A stretch of 64,000 nt of DNA from the NCBI GenBank assembly GCA_902626385.1, contig CACOEZ010000001.1, forward strand, positions 145,864 through 209,863, in the 5' to 3' direction. Below are positions 16,174 through 25,767 of the stretch, piece after piece. Numbering within the stretch: the stretch's first letter is position 1; each line of letters begins with the position of its first letter. The DNA is from an uncultured SAR86 cluster bacterium (lineage in GTDB: Bacteria > Pseudomonadota > Gammaproteobacteria > Magnimaribacterales > D2472). The notes beneath the pieces were generated by a model. That model was not told the DNA's origin. It saw nothing but the letters and a program-made list of their open reading frames with translations, and did no database searches. A program made the position numbers and the translations under genes.

Positions 16174-16746
16174 TTAGATTCTAAGAAAATTTCTAATTTT
16201 TTTAAGTTTTTCTTGAAATGATGAGTATGAATGATTGCCCCCATAAACTATATCTAATTGGGAGCCGGCAAAATATGAAATACTTTTTGAGTAATTAAGA
16301 ATCTCATCACCTGACTCAACTAATACAAGTGTTTTTTCGTGATTCATAAATTTTTTGTGTGAAATTGATCTTAAGTATTCTATATCTTCGTGACTAAGAT
16401 TGAATTTTTCTCCAGTTGAATAGTTTTCATTTTCTCCTAGATGAATATCAAAACCCTCCAATGGAGGTATTGCTGGATTAATTAAAACAGCTTTTGCATT
16501 GAATTTTTGTGCGAAGTAATCAGCATAGTATCCTCCTAAAGATGACCCCATAAAGGCAATCGGTTTTTCACAGACGCTTATTAATTTTTCTATTTGAAGA
16601 ATTGCTTCATGAAAGTTATTGCTAAGGTCAGGAGTAAAAATTTTTACTTTTCTGTGATTTTTAGAAATGAATTTTTGAATAAGTTTTGCTTTAGTAGAAT
16701 CTGAAGATGATGCAAATCCATGTAAATATATTATCGACTTGGTCAT
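16174..16746 (-). CDS. yqiA: YqiA-family esterase (alpha/beta hydrolase, UPF0227)
   Basis: IIYLHGFASSSDSTKA, the nucleophile elbow GSSLGGYYA and the C-terminal GGNHSY are collinear with E. coli YqiA. Confidence 0.8.
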   Translation of the reverse strand: MTKSIIYLHGFASSSDSTKAKLIQKFISKNHRKVKIFTPDLSNNFHEAILQIEKLISVCEKPIAFMGSSLGGYYADYFAQKFNAKAVLINPAIPPLEGFDIHLGENENYSTGEKFNLSHEDIEYLRSISHKKFMNHEKTLVLVESGDEILNYSKSISYFAGSQLDIVYGGNHSYSSFQEKLKKIRNFLRI

Positions 16747-16749
16747 TAA

Positions 16750-17172
16750 CTAAAATTTAACATCCGCACTTATTCCAGAAATAAAAATACTTTCCAGCCA
16801 CTCTGTTAAAAATCTATTTTGTTGTAACTTCTCATCTTTTGATTGAGTCATTGATATTTTCATAAAAAAAGGCACAGCTTTTTCACCTTGGTAAGAAATA
16901 ACTTCAGCTAATTTTGCATCTATTGAAATCTGAATTCTCATAATAAATGTTCCAAGATTAGATATTTTTGATTTTTGCTTAGCTTCTAAAATAACAGTAT
17001 GTTTTGATCTTTGAATTACCCGAAAAAGAACAAAATATTCACTGTTGTCAGGATTAATCAAATTAAATTTATAATTTGTTTTGTTGAAACCACATAAAAT
17101 TTTTTTTAGCCTTATGTAGTTTGCTTCACAAATTATTTGATGATGAGCTGTTTTTGGCAGGGTATTTATCAT
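16750..17172 (-). CDS. DUF1249 (YqiB-like) protein
   Basis: The size, the ICEANYIRL motif and the position next to yqiA match the yqiB-yqiA neighbourhood of enterics. Confidence 0.5.
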   Translation of the reverse strand: MINTLPKTAHHQIICEANYIRLKKILCGFNKTNYKFNLINPDNSEYFVLFRVIQRSKHTVILEAKQKSKISNLGTFIMRIQISIDAKLAEVISYQGEKAVPFFMKISMTQSKDEKLQQNRFLTEWLESIFISGISADVKF

Positions 17173-17174
17173 GT

Positions 17175-18311
17175 TTAAATTTTATATTCTTTATTGAACG
17201 GAGTATATCTTTTACAAGCCTCAAGATAGCTTTGAATTTCTTCTTTTTCTCTAATACAAAAATCTGAAATAGCTTTTCTAAAATCATCTTTCATAATTAA
17301 ATGGTATGAGTGGGTGGTGATCGGCTCAAAACCTCTCCTAATTTTATGCTCTCCTTGAACTCCAGGATCAAAATGACTTATGCCGTTATTTATACAATAG
17401 TCTATGCCTTGATAATAACAGCATTCAAAATGAAGGGAGTCAATATCATATTTTGTACCCCAGTTTCTTCCATACAAATTATCTTTGTCTCTAAAACAAA
17501 GAGAGCCAGCAATTATTTCATCATTTAGCTTTGCAAAAAAAATTATTGGCCTTAGCACATATTTGTTTTTTTGAATTAATTCAAAGAACTTATAGTTTAA
17601 GTATGGCCTCTGAAGCCTTTGCTCATATGTATTTTTATAAAAATTGTAAAAGACATCCCAGTCTTCTATTGATAGAGAATCAGAGTCTTTAACAATAAAT
17701 TCGATACCGTAATCAGATATTTTCTTCCTTTCATTTCGTATATTTTTTCTCTGTCTCGATTTAAAAATCTTTAAGTAATCTTCAAAATCTTTAAAGTTTC
17801 TATTATTCCATACAAATTTATAGCCTGATCGTTCGACCAAGCCACACTTTTTTAAGTTTTCTTTTAAATCATGATCTGGATAAAGAATATGCCATGTTTC
17901 TATATCATTACTGCTCATAAAATTTTTTGTTGTATCAACAAATTTATCTACATTGTTTTTTGAAATTATTTTTCTAGTTTCGCATGGAGTAAAGGGCACC
18001 GCTGTTAATAGTTTAGGATAATATCTTCTCCCAGCCCTGTTTAAAGAATAGGACCACGAATGATCAAAAACAAACTCACCTTGACTATTATCTTTTAGAT
18101 AAAGGGGCATAAAACCGGTTATTTTTTTATCATCAATTGAAACAAGATGATTGGGCTTCCAGCCATTTATATTGGAGACTGATTTAGACTCCTCTAAAGC
18201 TTGTAAAAATTGATATCTGATAAACGGCGAATCCTTATCAGACAAAAGCTCATCAATATCAGAGCCACTTATTTCAGACAATTTCTCTATAAATTTGAAT
18301 TCTTTTAGCAT
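17175..18311 (-). CDS. FemAB-like / DUF482 GNAT-fold protein (COG3146)
   Basis: The pattern YLKDNSQGEFVFDHSWSYSLNRAGRRYYPKLLTAVPFTP is typical of this family. Assigned by pattern only. Confidence 0.6.
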   Translation of the reverse strand: MLKEFKFIEKLSEISGSDIDELLSDKDSPFIRYQFLQALEESKSVSNINGWKPNHLVSIDDKKITGFMPLYLKDNSQGEFVFDHSWSYSLNRAGRRYYPKLLTAVPFTPCETRKIISKNNVDKFVDTTKNFMSSNDIETWHILYPDHDLKENLKKCGLVERSGYKFVWNNRNFKDFEDYLKIFKSRQRKNIRNERKKISDYGIEFIVKDSDSLSIEDWDVFYNFYKNTYEQRLQRPYLNYKFFELIQKNKYVLRPIIFFAKLNDEIIAGSLCFRDKDNLYGRNWGTKYDIDSLHFECCYYQGIDYCINNGISHFDPGVQGEHKIRRGFEPITTHSYHLIMKDDFRKAISDFCIREKEEIQSYLEACKRYTPFNKEYKI

Positions 18312-18317
18312 TTGAGC

Positions 18318-19178
18318 TTAACCCAATATCAATATTTCTATGGCGAAACCAATTACTGATAATATTCCTACCAAATTGTTAATTTTAAAAGCCTCCAAGA
18401 ATTTTTTATCATTTATTAGAATTTTTTGATAAATAAAAATTATTAATAATGCTGCAAAAATTAAGAAAAAGAAGTATGAAAATGAGTTAAGCATTGCTAT
18501 CAAAAGCAGAGATATATAGAAGCAAAGATGAAGCACTCTCGAAACCTTTACTGCAGCATTGCCCCATAAAATAGCTGTAGAATTTATTCCAATTTTTATA
18601 TCATCTTCCATATCCTCCAGAGCATAATATGTATCAAAACTAATTATCCAAGCTATTAAACCTACATAGAGCAAAATTATTGATAATGTAAAATCAGAGG
18701 ATACCAATGAATAGGCGATCAATGAGCCAGAACCAAAGGTAATTCCTAAAAAAAATTGCGGAGCAGGAAAAAATCTTTTTGTAAGAGGGTAAAGAACAAT
18801 TAAAAATGCAAATAAAATAGCTATTTTCATAGTGAATGGATTAGTAAAAAATAAAATAATAAGAGAGACTAAACCTAGAAATATAAAAAATCCCCATGCT
18901 TCATATATGCTCAAGGCTCCCGTGGCCAGTGGTCGTCCTACGGTTCTAGATACCAATTTATCTATTTTGTAGTCACTAATATCATTTATAACACAACCAC
19001 ATGATCTTACTATTAAAGAACCTATGACAACGATAATAAAATTTTTAATGCCTATTTCATGACTTATACCTGCCAATAATAATCCTAACATCGAAGGCCA
19101 AAGCAGAAGATAAGTACCTATTGGTTTATCTAATCTTGCAAGCTCTAAAAAAGATTTTATTTTATTTTTTGAAAGCAT
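18318..19178 (-). CDS. ubiA: 4-hydroxybenzoate polyprenyltransferase
   Basis: LARLDKPIGTYLLLWP, the Asp-rich motif NDISDYKIDKLVSRT, and multiple TM helices. Adjacent to ubiC. Confidence 0.9.
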   Translation of the reverse strand: MLSKNKIKSFLELARLDKPIGTYLLLWPSMLGLLLAGISHEIGIKNFIIVVIGSLIVRSCGCVINDISDYKIDKLVSRTVGRPLATGALSIYEAWGFFIFLGLVSLIILFFTNPFTMKIAILFAFLIVLYPLTKRFFPAPQFFLGITFGSGSLIAYSLVSSDFTLSIILLYVGLIAWIISFDTYYALEDMEDDIKIGINSTAILWGNAAVKVSRVLHLCFYISLLLIAMLNSFSYFFFLIFAALLIIFIYQKILINDKKFLEAFKINNLVGILSVIGFAIEILILG

Positions 19179-19181
19179 TAA

Positions 19182-19667
19182 TTAAATTAAAAATATTTCC
19201 ATTACAGACAAAGGGCAGTTCTTAACATAGTATTTTGCCTTTCTTCCCCAATATTCTTTTTTATTTTGAGAAAAGGTTGAGAAAACTACTTGATCTTTTT
19301 TAAATACTCCTTTTTCAAACAATATATCTCCAAGTGGTTTTGTATTTAATTCACCAAGTTTTTTGAGGCCATTTTGAATGGTGACTTCTGGGATGAGAGA
19401 CCTTGCAAAGACTAATGGATTTTTATCAGCTAGAAGAATAACTTCTCTAACTTTAACCTCGCCATCAATATTATCTAAAAAGTATCTATCATTAATATCT
19501 ACTTCTCCAACACTGTCTCTCAAAAGCTTTAGCTCAAATTTGTGTTTTGATTTTATTCTCTCTGTAATTGGACCTTGTTCAAGAAGCCAGGATTTTATTT
19601 TTTCATTACAAAGTATACCTTCCATATCATTTTGGTTAATCCATTTAGAAATATGTTTAAGGTTCAT
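19182..19667 (-). CDS. ubiC: chorismate pyruvate-lyase
   Basis: 161 aa, immediately upstream of ubiA. The REVILLADKNPLVFARS and PLGDILF patterns are typical of UbiC. Confidence 0.7.
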   Translation of the reverse strand: MNLKHISKWINQNDMEGILCNEKIKSWLLEQGPITERIKSKHKFELKLLRDSVGEVDINDRYFLDNIDGEVKVREVILLADKNPLVFARSLIPEVTIQNGLKKLGELNTKPLGDILFEKGVFKKDQVVFSTFSQNKKEYWGRKAKYYVKNCPLSVMEIFLI

Positions 19668-19737
19668 TAATATAAGTATTCAAATCTGATATTATAGCCT
19701 CCTTGATTTAAAGCAAATAACAATATCTTTAATAAGT

Positions 19738-19911
19738 ATGGAATATAAAAAATGGGAATGTATTGTCTGCGGGCTAATTTATGATGAAGAATTAGGTTGG
19801 CCTGAGGATGGAATTGAACCAGGAACTGCGTGGGAAGATGTTCCAGAGGATTGGCTTTGCCCTGAATGCGGAGTAGGCAAAGAGGATTTTGATATGATAG
19901 AGATTACATGA
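19738..19911 (+). CDS. rubredoxin (57 aa; not in the supplied ORF track)
   Basis: My translation is [57 protein letters not shown]. It has the two CxxCG knuckles and the conserved aromatic core. Its stop TGA overlaps the ATG of the next gene (ATGA at 19908-19911). Confidence 0.9.
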   Translation: MEYKKWECIVCGLIYDEELGWPEDGIEPGTAWEDVPEDWLCPECGVGKEDFDMIEIT

Positions 19912-21164
19912 GTCAATTAGATCCACCAAAAAATCTTACTAGAAATGTCTTAGTGGGGATGTTTGCTGGAGTATTCATAGCCTCACTTTGTTTTTATTTT
20001 CAAGACCTAATATCGCAATCAATTTTTTTTGGCATTGAAAAATATCTATTTAATCTCGGTGGCCAGATTTTTAAAAATCTCCTCTTATTAATAGTAGTTC
20101 CGCTAGTCTTCTTTTCATTAGTGTCTGGTATATCATCTCTATCAAATATGGTGAAGCTTGGATCAATAGCCTCAAAAACAATATTACTTTATTTATTTAC
20201 TACAGCTTTTGCAGTAATGATAGCTATATTCTTTGGATGGGCTTTTAACATTTCTGGTTACGAAGGCGAAGTCGCATCTTTTAGCGCGCCTCCTGGTGAA
20301 GCAAGTTTATATGATACCGTTTTAAGAATTTTCCCTAGTAATATTTTTGGAGCTTTTGTTGAAAATAACATGTTAGGAATTGTTTTCATAAGTGTGCTAT
20401 TTGGCATTGCCTTAAACCTTACAGACAATCTCACAGACAATCTTTCTAAAAATTTCGAAAAATTAAACATAGTTTTTATGAAGATAGTTTTAATAGTAAT
20501 GAGTTTTGCACCAATTGGAGTTTTTTGCTTAATGGGAAGTTATGTGATGGATCATGGTCTAAATATCTTTGGAGATCTAATTCAATATGTCTTATTACTG
20601 ATCTTCGTTTTACTGTTTCATTTATTTTTTACATATTCATTAGTCTTAAAATTATTCGCTAATTTAAATCCAATTATTTTTTTTAAAAAAATGAGAAATG
20701 TTGCTATATTTGCATTTACCACATCATCAAGCGCGGCAACTATTCCAGTAACACTTAAGACAGTTACTGATGAGCTTGGAGTTAAAAAAGATGTATCATC
20801 GTTTGTTATTCCTGTTGGGGCTACTATAAATATGGATGGTACTGCGATAATGCAGGGCTTAGCGACTATGTTTATTGCAAGCACTGTTGGTGTTGACCTA
20901 TCAATGATTCAATATATTCAAATAGTTTTGCTTGCAATGGTTGCCTCTATTGGAGCAGCTGCTGTTCCATCTGCTGGAACTGTTACATTAGCTCTGATTT
21001 TGAGCTCTTTAGGGCTGCCATTAGACGCAATTGGCCTAATATTAGCGGTTGATAGAATTCTCGACATGATACGAACTTCGGTAAATGTTTCTGGTGATGC
21101 TGCGGTAGCTTGCGTTGTTGCAAATTCAGAAGAACTTTTAGACAAAAACATATTTAATAAATAG
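19908..21164 (+). CDS. dicarboxylate/amino acid:cation symporter (DAACS/SDF family)
   Basis: Polytopic membrane protein with the family signature [17 protein letters not shown]. Confidence 0.85.
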   Translation: MSQLDPPKNLTRNVLVGMFAGVFIASLCFYFQDLISQSIFFGIEKYLFNLGGQIFKNLLLLIVVPLVFFSLVSGISSLSNMVKLGSIASKTILLYLFTTAFAVMIAIFFGWAFNISGYEGEVASFSAPPGEASLYDTVLRIFPSNIFGAFVENNMLGIVFISVLFGIALNLTDNLTDNLSKNFEKLNIVFMKIVLIVMSFAPIGVFCLMGSYVMDHGLNIFGDLIQYVLLLIFVLLFHLFFTYSLVLKLFANLNPIIFFKKMRNVAIFAFTTSSSAATIPVTLKTVTDELGVKKDVSSFVIPVGATINMDGTAIMQGLATMFIASTVGVDLSMIQYIQIVLLAMVASIGAAAVPSAGTVTLALILSSLGLPLDAIGLILAVDRILDMIRTSVNVSGDAAVACVVANSEELLDKNIFNK

Positions 21165-21194
21165 GTAAAAAATACGCTTTTATTTCAAATAATT

Positions 21195-21203
21195 TGCTAG
21201 AAT
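21195..21203 (+). promoter_or_regulatory. possible extended -10 promoter element for hppA
   Basis: TGCTAGAAT (TGn + TAGAAT) lies 27 nt upstream of the hppA ATG. No convincing -35 element was seen. Confidence 0.3.
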
Positions 21204-21229
21204 GCTTTATTTAAATTAAGGGGTTCTAT

Positions 21230-23212
21230 ATGGATAATTTAATCATTCCACCAGCTCTTGGAATATTGGGTATGGTAATGGCATTCGTTGTTTATAAACT
21301 TGTCATGAAATATCCCGATGGCGAGGACAAAGTAAAAAAAATAGGCGATCAGATTCATGCTGGAGCGCTCGCTTTCATGAAAACTGAGTATAAATATTTG
21401 TCCATATTTATTGCGGTAATAGTAGTTTTAGCTTGGTATGCATTAGGGCCTTATACCGCTATATCTATAATTGTTGGAGCTATATGCTCATCCGTGGCTG
21501 GCTTTATTGGCATGTATGCAGCAACCAAAGCAAATGTTAGAACTGCAACCGCTGCGCAAAAGGATGGCCCAGCAGCGGCTTTATCAGTATCTTTTTACGG
21601 TGGTTCAATAATGGGTCTATGTGTTGCATCATTAGGTTTAATAGGTCTAGGAGGCTTATATTATTTCTATATACCAGCTGAAATTGATCCTCATAAGCTT
21701 GAAGGTTTTGCTATGGGAGCTTCTGTAGTAGCTCTTTTTTCAAGAGTAGGTGGAGGAATTTTTACAAAGAGTGCAGATGTTGGAGCTGATCTTGTTGGTA
21801 AGATAGAAGCAGGTATTCCAGAAGATGATCCAAGAAATCCAGGTGTTATAGCAGATAACGTAGGCGATAATGTTGGCGATGTTGCTGGAATGGGATCGGA
21901 TATATTTGAGTCTTATTGTGGTTCTATGATTGCTTCAATAGCTATAGCATATACCCTAGGCAATAAAGACATGATGATGCTTCCTTTAGCTTTAGCATCA
22001 ACAGGCTTAATTGCTTCAATAATTGGAATATTCATAGTTAAGCTTCAGTCTGCAAAAGCGCCTGCGAGCGCATTAAGATCTGGAACCCTCTTAGCACCAG
22101 TAATATTTGTTGCTATGGCTTATTTTATAATCAATTCCTTTGATGGTGTTGGAATGAATGTATGGTGGTGTGTTATTGCCGGAGCTGTAGGCGGAGTATT
22201 AATCGGACTTATTACAGAATACTATACTGGTGGAAGTCCAGTAAGAAAAATCGCTGAATCTGGAGAAACTGGTTCAGCAACAGTGATGATTTCAGGATTA
22301 TCAGTTGGAATGCAATCGGTTGTAATACCTATTGTTATTTTGGCTCTGATAATTCTTACATCAACTCAATTATCAGGTATTTATGGAGTTGGAATAGCTG
22401 CAGTTGGAATGCTTGCGACTGTTGGAATAACAATGGCAATAGACGCATACGGACCTGTTGCAGATAATGCAGGTGGTATAGCTGAAATGTCAGGTATGGG
22501 TGATGAGGTAAGAGAAATAACTGATTCTCTTGATGAACTTGGAAATACTACCGCCGCAATTGGAAAAGGCTTTGCAATTGGAGCCGCAGCTCTAGCGGCC
22601 TTGGCTATAATTTCAGCTTTTTCAGCCGTGGTAGCGGTAGCAAATCCTGAATTTTCTTTAGCGCTGACAGAGCCAATAGTTTTAGTTGGAATGTTTATTG
22701 GAGTTTGTATACCTTTCTTGGTCTCTTCGATTACTATGACAGCTGTTGGCGACGCAGCTTTTGAAATGATTAATGAAATAAGAAGACAATTTAGAGAAAT
22801 ATCTGGACTAATGGAGGGTACAGCAGAACCCGATTCAGAAAAATGTGTTGAGATTGCTACCAAAGCAGCCTTAAAGAAAATGATGTTGCCGGGAGTGATA
22901 GCAGTATCAATGCCAGCTATTGTAGGCTTTGGTTTAGGCGCACAAGCTTTAGGTGGAATGTTGGCAGGTGGACTTCTTGGTTGTGTATCACTTGCGCTTA
23001 TGATGGCTAATGCTGGAGGTGCCTGGGACAATGCGAAGAAATATGTTGAAAAAGGTAACTTAGGAGGTAAAGGGTCTGATACTCATGCTGCTGCCGTAGT
23101 AGGAGATACAGTAGGAGATCCTTTCAAGGATACATCTGGACCTTCAATGAATATTCTTATTAATGTTATGGCAATTGTTAGTTTAGTTATCGCACCATTA
23201 TTAAGCATATAA
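21230..23212 (+). CDS. hppA: membrane-bound ion-translocating pyrophosphatase
   Basis: Signatures [48 protein letters not shown] and [14 protein letters not shown], with ~16 TM helices. Confidence 0.95.
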   Translation: MDNLIIPPALGILGMVMAFVVYKLVMKYPDGEDKVKKIGDQIHAGALAFMKTEYKYLSIFIAVIVVLAWYALGPYTAISIIVGAICSSVAGFIGMYAATKANVRTATAAQKDGPAAALSVSFYGGSIMGLCVASLGLIGLGGLYYFYIPAEIDPHKLEGFAMGASVVALFSRVGGGIFTKSADVGADLVGKIEAGIPEDDPRNPGVIADNVGDNVGDVAGMGSDIFESYCGSMIASIAIAYTLGNKDMMMLPLALASTGLIASIIGIFIVKLQSAKAPASALRSGTLLAPVIFVAMAYFIINSFDGVGMNVWWCVIAGAVGGVLIGLITEYYTGGSPVRKIAESGETGSATVMISGLSVGMQSVVIPIVILALIILTSTQLSGIYGVGIAAVGMLATVGITMAIDAYGPVADNAGGIAEMSGMGDEVREITDSLDELGNTTAAIGKGFAIGAAALAALAIISAFSAVVAVANPEFSLALTEPIVLVGMFIGVCIPFLVSSITMTAVGDAAFEMINEIRRQFREISGLMEGTAEPDSEKCVEIATKAALKKMMLPGVIAVSMPAIVGFGLGAQALGGMLAGGLLGCVSLALMMANAGGAWDNAKKYVEKGNLGGKGSDTHAAAVVGDTVGDPFKDTSGPSMNILINVMAIVSLVIAPLLSI

Positions 23213-23230
23213 ACAAATCATCTACTTATA

Positions 23231-23261
23231 AAATCCAGGGTTGTGTCCCTGGATTTTTTTT
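23231..23261 (+). terminator. Rho-independent terminator after hppA
   Basis: aaATCCAGGG-ttgtgt-CCCTGGATtttttttt: an 8-10 bp GC-containing stem, a 6-nt loop and an 8-T run, beginning 19 nt after the stop codon. Confidence 0.8.
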
Positions 23262-23275
23262 GACTAAATAAGAAT

Positions 23276-23941
23276 ATGAAAAAAAATATTCTTATTATTG
23301 GCTACGGAGACATAGGAAAACGCCTCACAGATGTTCTTGATAGTGATTTATATAATTTACTTTTAGTTTCAAGAAATAATAAATATAACTCAGATGATTT
23401 TATAGAATGGGATTGGTTATCAAAAAAAGAATTTGTTCATAATTTTGAAAAAATCGACGTTGTAATATTTTTTCCGAAGCCTTCAAGAAATGATGAATCT
23501 GGATATGAGGATGGATTTAAAAATTCTACTGAAAATCTAAATAAGATAATTTCAAAACTTCCAATTGATACATTTATTTCAATTTCATCAACAAGAGTTT
23601 ACGACAAAGAATCAAAATCATCATGCAAAGAAATCGATTCAATTGATCCAATTGAATTTAGGGGAAAGTTTATAAAGGAATACGAAGAAAAACAGATAGA
23701 TTTATATAAAGATAAATTAATTATTTTAAGATTTTCTGGTTTATATGATTCTCAATCTGCAAAAATGTCAAATAATCATTTACACAGGGATAATGCCGCG
23801 AAAATCATAAAGTTTTTTATAGAAAATGATTTTCATTTCAAATCTTATGAGATTTTTAATTGTTCTGAAGACAATCCAAATGGGAAAATTTCAAATAAAA
23901 AAATAAAAGACTTAGGATTTAATTTTAAAGAATATAACTAG
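23276..23941 (+). CDS. NAD(P)-binding Rossmann-fold protein (atypical epimerase/SDR-like)
   Basis: N-terminal ILIIGYGDIGKRL glycine-rich motif. The rest is poorly conserved. Confidence 0.4.
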   Translation: MKKNILIIGYGDIGKRLTDVLDSDLYNLLLVSRNNKYNSDDFIEWDWLSKKEFVHNFEKIDVVIFFPKPSRNDESGYEDGFKNSTENLNKIISKLPIDTFISISSTRVYDKESKSSCKEIDSIDPIEFRGKFIKEYEEKQIDLYKDKLIILRFSGLYDSQSAKMSNNHLHRDNAAKIIKFFIENDFHFKSYEIFNCSEDNPNGKISNKKIKDLGFNFKEYN

Positions 23942-23973
23942 AAGAAAACCCTTTTGCAAAATACAATAAAAAC

Positions 23974-24822
23974 ATGATTAAAAGTATGACAGGCTTCGGG
24001 CAGTCCAGACTTGTTGACAAAGATACAGAGATACTTGTCGAGTTAAAAAGTTTAAACCACAGATTTTTTGAAGTTAATTTAAAGTATGCTGAAATTCAAA
24101 GTGAGGACGAAGAATATTTTAAAAAAACTATTTCAAAAAAGTTAAAGAGAGGTAAGGTTGATATTCATATAAAAGCAAACACATCCAGTAATGGAAAATT
24201 ACAGATCAATAGTGAACTTTTAGCCGAATTTAAAAAAGCAATTAAAAATGAATCATTGATTTCAAATGAACTAACACTTCGAGATATAAAAGATATACCA
24301 GGTATCCTTAAAATAACTAAGTCTTCAAAAATAAAACTCCCAACATTAAAAAAGGTTTTTAATAAAGCTCTCGCTGATTTTCTTGAATCAAGAATCGAAG
24401 AAGGTCGAAAGATTCATAAAGTACTAATAAACAAGATCGATATAATTCAATCAAAACAAAAAAAAGTTTCTAAACTTTGCAAAAGAGATCTTGATAAAAG
24501 AATAAAGATCTATAAAAAAAGAGTAAAAAACATAATAGAAAAATATGATGAAAATAGGCTCGATCAAGAAATTACTCATCTCGCAATGAAAGCTGATGTG
24601 TCAGAAGAACTAGAAAGAATCGACTTTCATTTACACTCAATTAAAAAAGAGTTAAACAATAAAAATTCTAGTGGTAAAAAAATTGATTTTATTCTTCAAG
24701 AACTCTTTAGAGAATCAAATACTCTCACTGTAAAACTTGATGAGCCAGAAACAAAAAATATTGCTTTAGAGATTAAAGTATTAGTTGAAGAGATGAGAGA
24801 ACAAATTCAAAATATTGAGTGA
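23974..24822 (+). CDS. yicC: YicC-family stress-induced protein
   Basis: The N-terminus MIKSMTGFG and the C-terminal LQELFRESNT (DUF1732) pattern. Positioned before gmk-rpoZ-spoT. Confidence 0.85.
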   Translation: MIKSMTGFGQSRLVDKDTEILVELKSLNHRFFEVNLKYAEIQSEDEEYFKKTISKKLKRGKVDIHIKANTSSNGKLQINSELLAEFKKAIKNESLISNELTLRDIKDIPGILKITKSSKIKLPTLKKVFNKALADFLESRIEEGRKIHKVLINKIDIIQSKQKKVSKLCKRDLDKRIKIYKKRVKNIIEKYDENRLDQEITHLAMKADVSEELERIDFHLHSIKKELNNKNSSGKKIDFILQELFRESNTLTVKLDEPETKNIALEIKVLVEEMREQIQNIE

Positions 24823-25435
24823 TATGGATAAAGCTAAGCTAATCATATTTTCTGCTCCTTCTGGTGCTGGTAAGTCTTCGCTTATAAAACAATTGATTGA
24901 AATGAGTGAGAGTCCTCTAGAGTTATCAATATCTGCTACAACAAGAAATCCAAGGGATGGAGAAATCCATGGCAAAGACTATTTTTTTATTTCTGATGAA
25001 GAATTTAATTCATTAAATGATCAAGATGCTTTTTTGGAGTCCGCTAATGTACACGGATTCAAATATGCAACCTTAAGATCATTTGTCGAAGAAAAAATTA
25101 ATTTAGGAATTAGTGTAATTTTAGATATTGATGTTCAGGGCTATAAGCAAATCATTGAAACATCCCAAAAATTTACATCAATTTTTATATTGCCGCCTTC
25201 ATTTAAAGAGCTTGAGCAAAGGTTGATAAGTAGAGGCTTAGACTCAAAAGATGTTATTTCAAAAAGATTGAGTAATGCTATTATTGAATTAGAATCTGCA
25301 AATTTATTTGATTTTGTTGTACTCAATGATAATTTTGACAAAACTATTGAGGTTTTAAGTTCAATTCTTTTTGATAAAGGCTTTAAATATAACAATGATC
25401 ACGCAAATGAAATTTTGAGAGAATTATTGGATTAA
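24815..25435 (+). CDS. gmk: guanylate kinase
   Basis: P-loop SAPSGAGKSSL and TTRNPRDGEIHGKDYFF. Confidence 0.92.
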   Translation: MSDMDKAKLIIFSAPSGAGKSSLIKQLIEMSESPLELSISATTRNPRDGEIHGKDYFFISDEEFNSLNDQDAFLESANVHGFKYATLRSFVEEKINLGISVILDIDVQGYKQIIETSQKFTSIFILPPSFKELEQRLISRGLDSKDVISKRLSNAIIELESANLFDFVVLNDNFDKTIEVLSSILFDKGFKYNNDHANEILRELLD

Positions 25436-25477
25436 TGAACTATTTGGAATTAGAATACTCAACCCAGGAGATATATT

Positions 25478-25747
25478 ATGGCAAGAATTACAGTTGAAGA
25501 TTGTTTAGAAAAAATTCCAAGTAGATTTGATCTCATCCTTATGGCATCTAAGAGAGCTAGGCAGCTTTCAACAACCAGCAGAGATCCACTCGTAGAATGG
25601 GATAATGATAAACCTACTTTGGTTGCTTTAAGAGAAATAGAAGAAGGCCTGCTTGATAAAGAAACTCTTGAGAGAACTTTAGAAGAAGACGTTCTATTAG
25701 ATGAATTTTCTACTCCAAGTAACCAAGAAAATGAAAATATAGGCTAA
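25478..25747 (+). CDS. rpoZ: DNA-directed RNA polymerase subunit omega
   Basis: [30 protein letters not shown]. Confidence 0.95.
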   Translation: MARITVEDCLEKIPSRFDLILMASKRARQLSTTSRDPLVEWDNDKPTLVALREIEEGLLDKETLERTLEEDVLLDEFSTPSNQENENIG

Positions 25748-25767
25748 ATGATTATTGGGAGGTTATC

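Noticed and set aside
20418-20441. 12-bp tandem duplication (cttacagacaat / ctcacagacaat) encoding LTDN-LTDN in the DAACS transporter
   Set aside because: It is a single in-frame two-unit duplication in a probable loop. It is not an array and has no regulatory context, so it is probably a trivial slippage event.
22381-23031. 216-aa ORF antisense to hppA
   Set aside because: It lies entirely inside the strongly supported pyrophosphatase gene. Its Ala/Pro/Ile-rich low-complexity translation is the typical mirror of a Gly/Ala-rich membrane protein, and it has no motifs.
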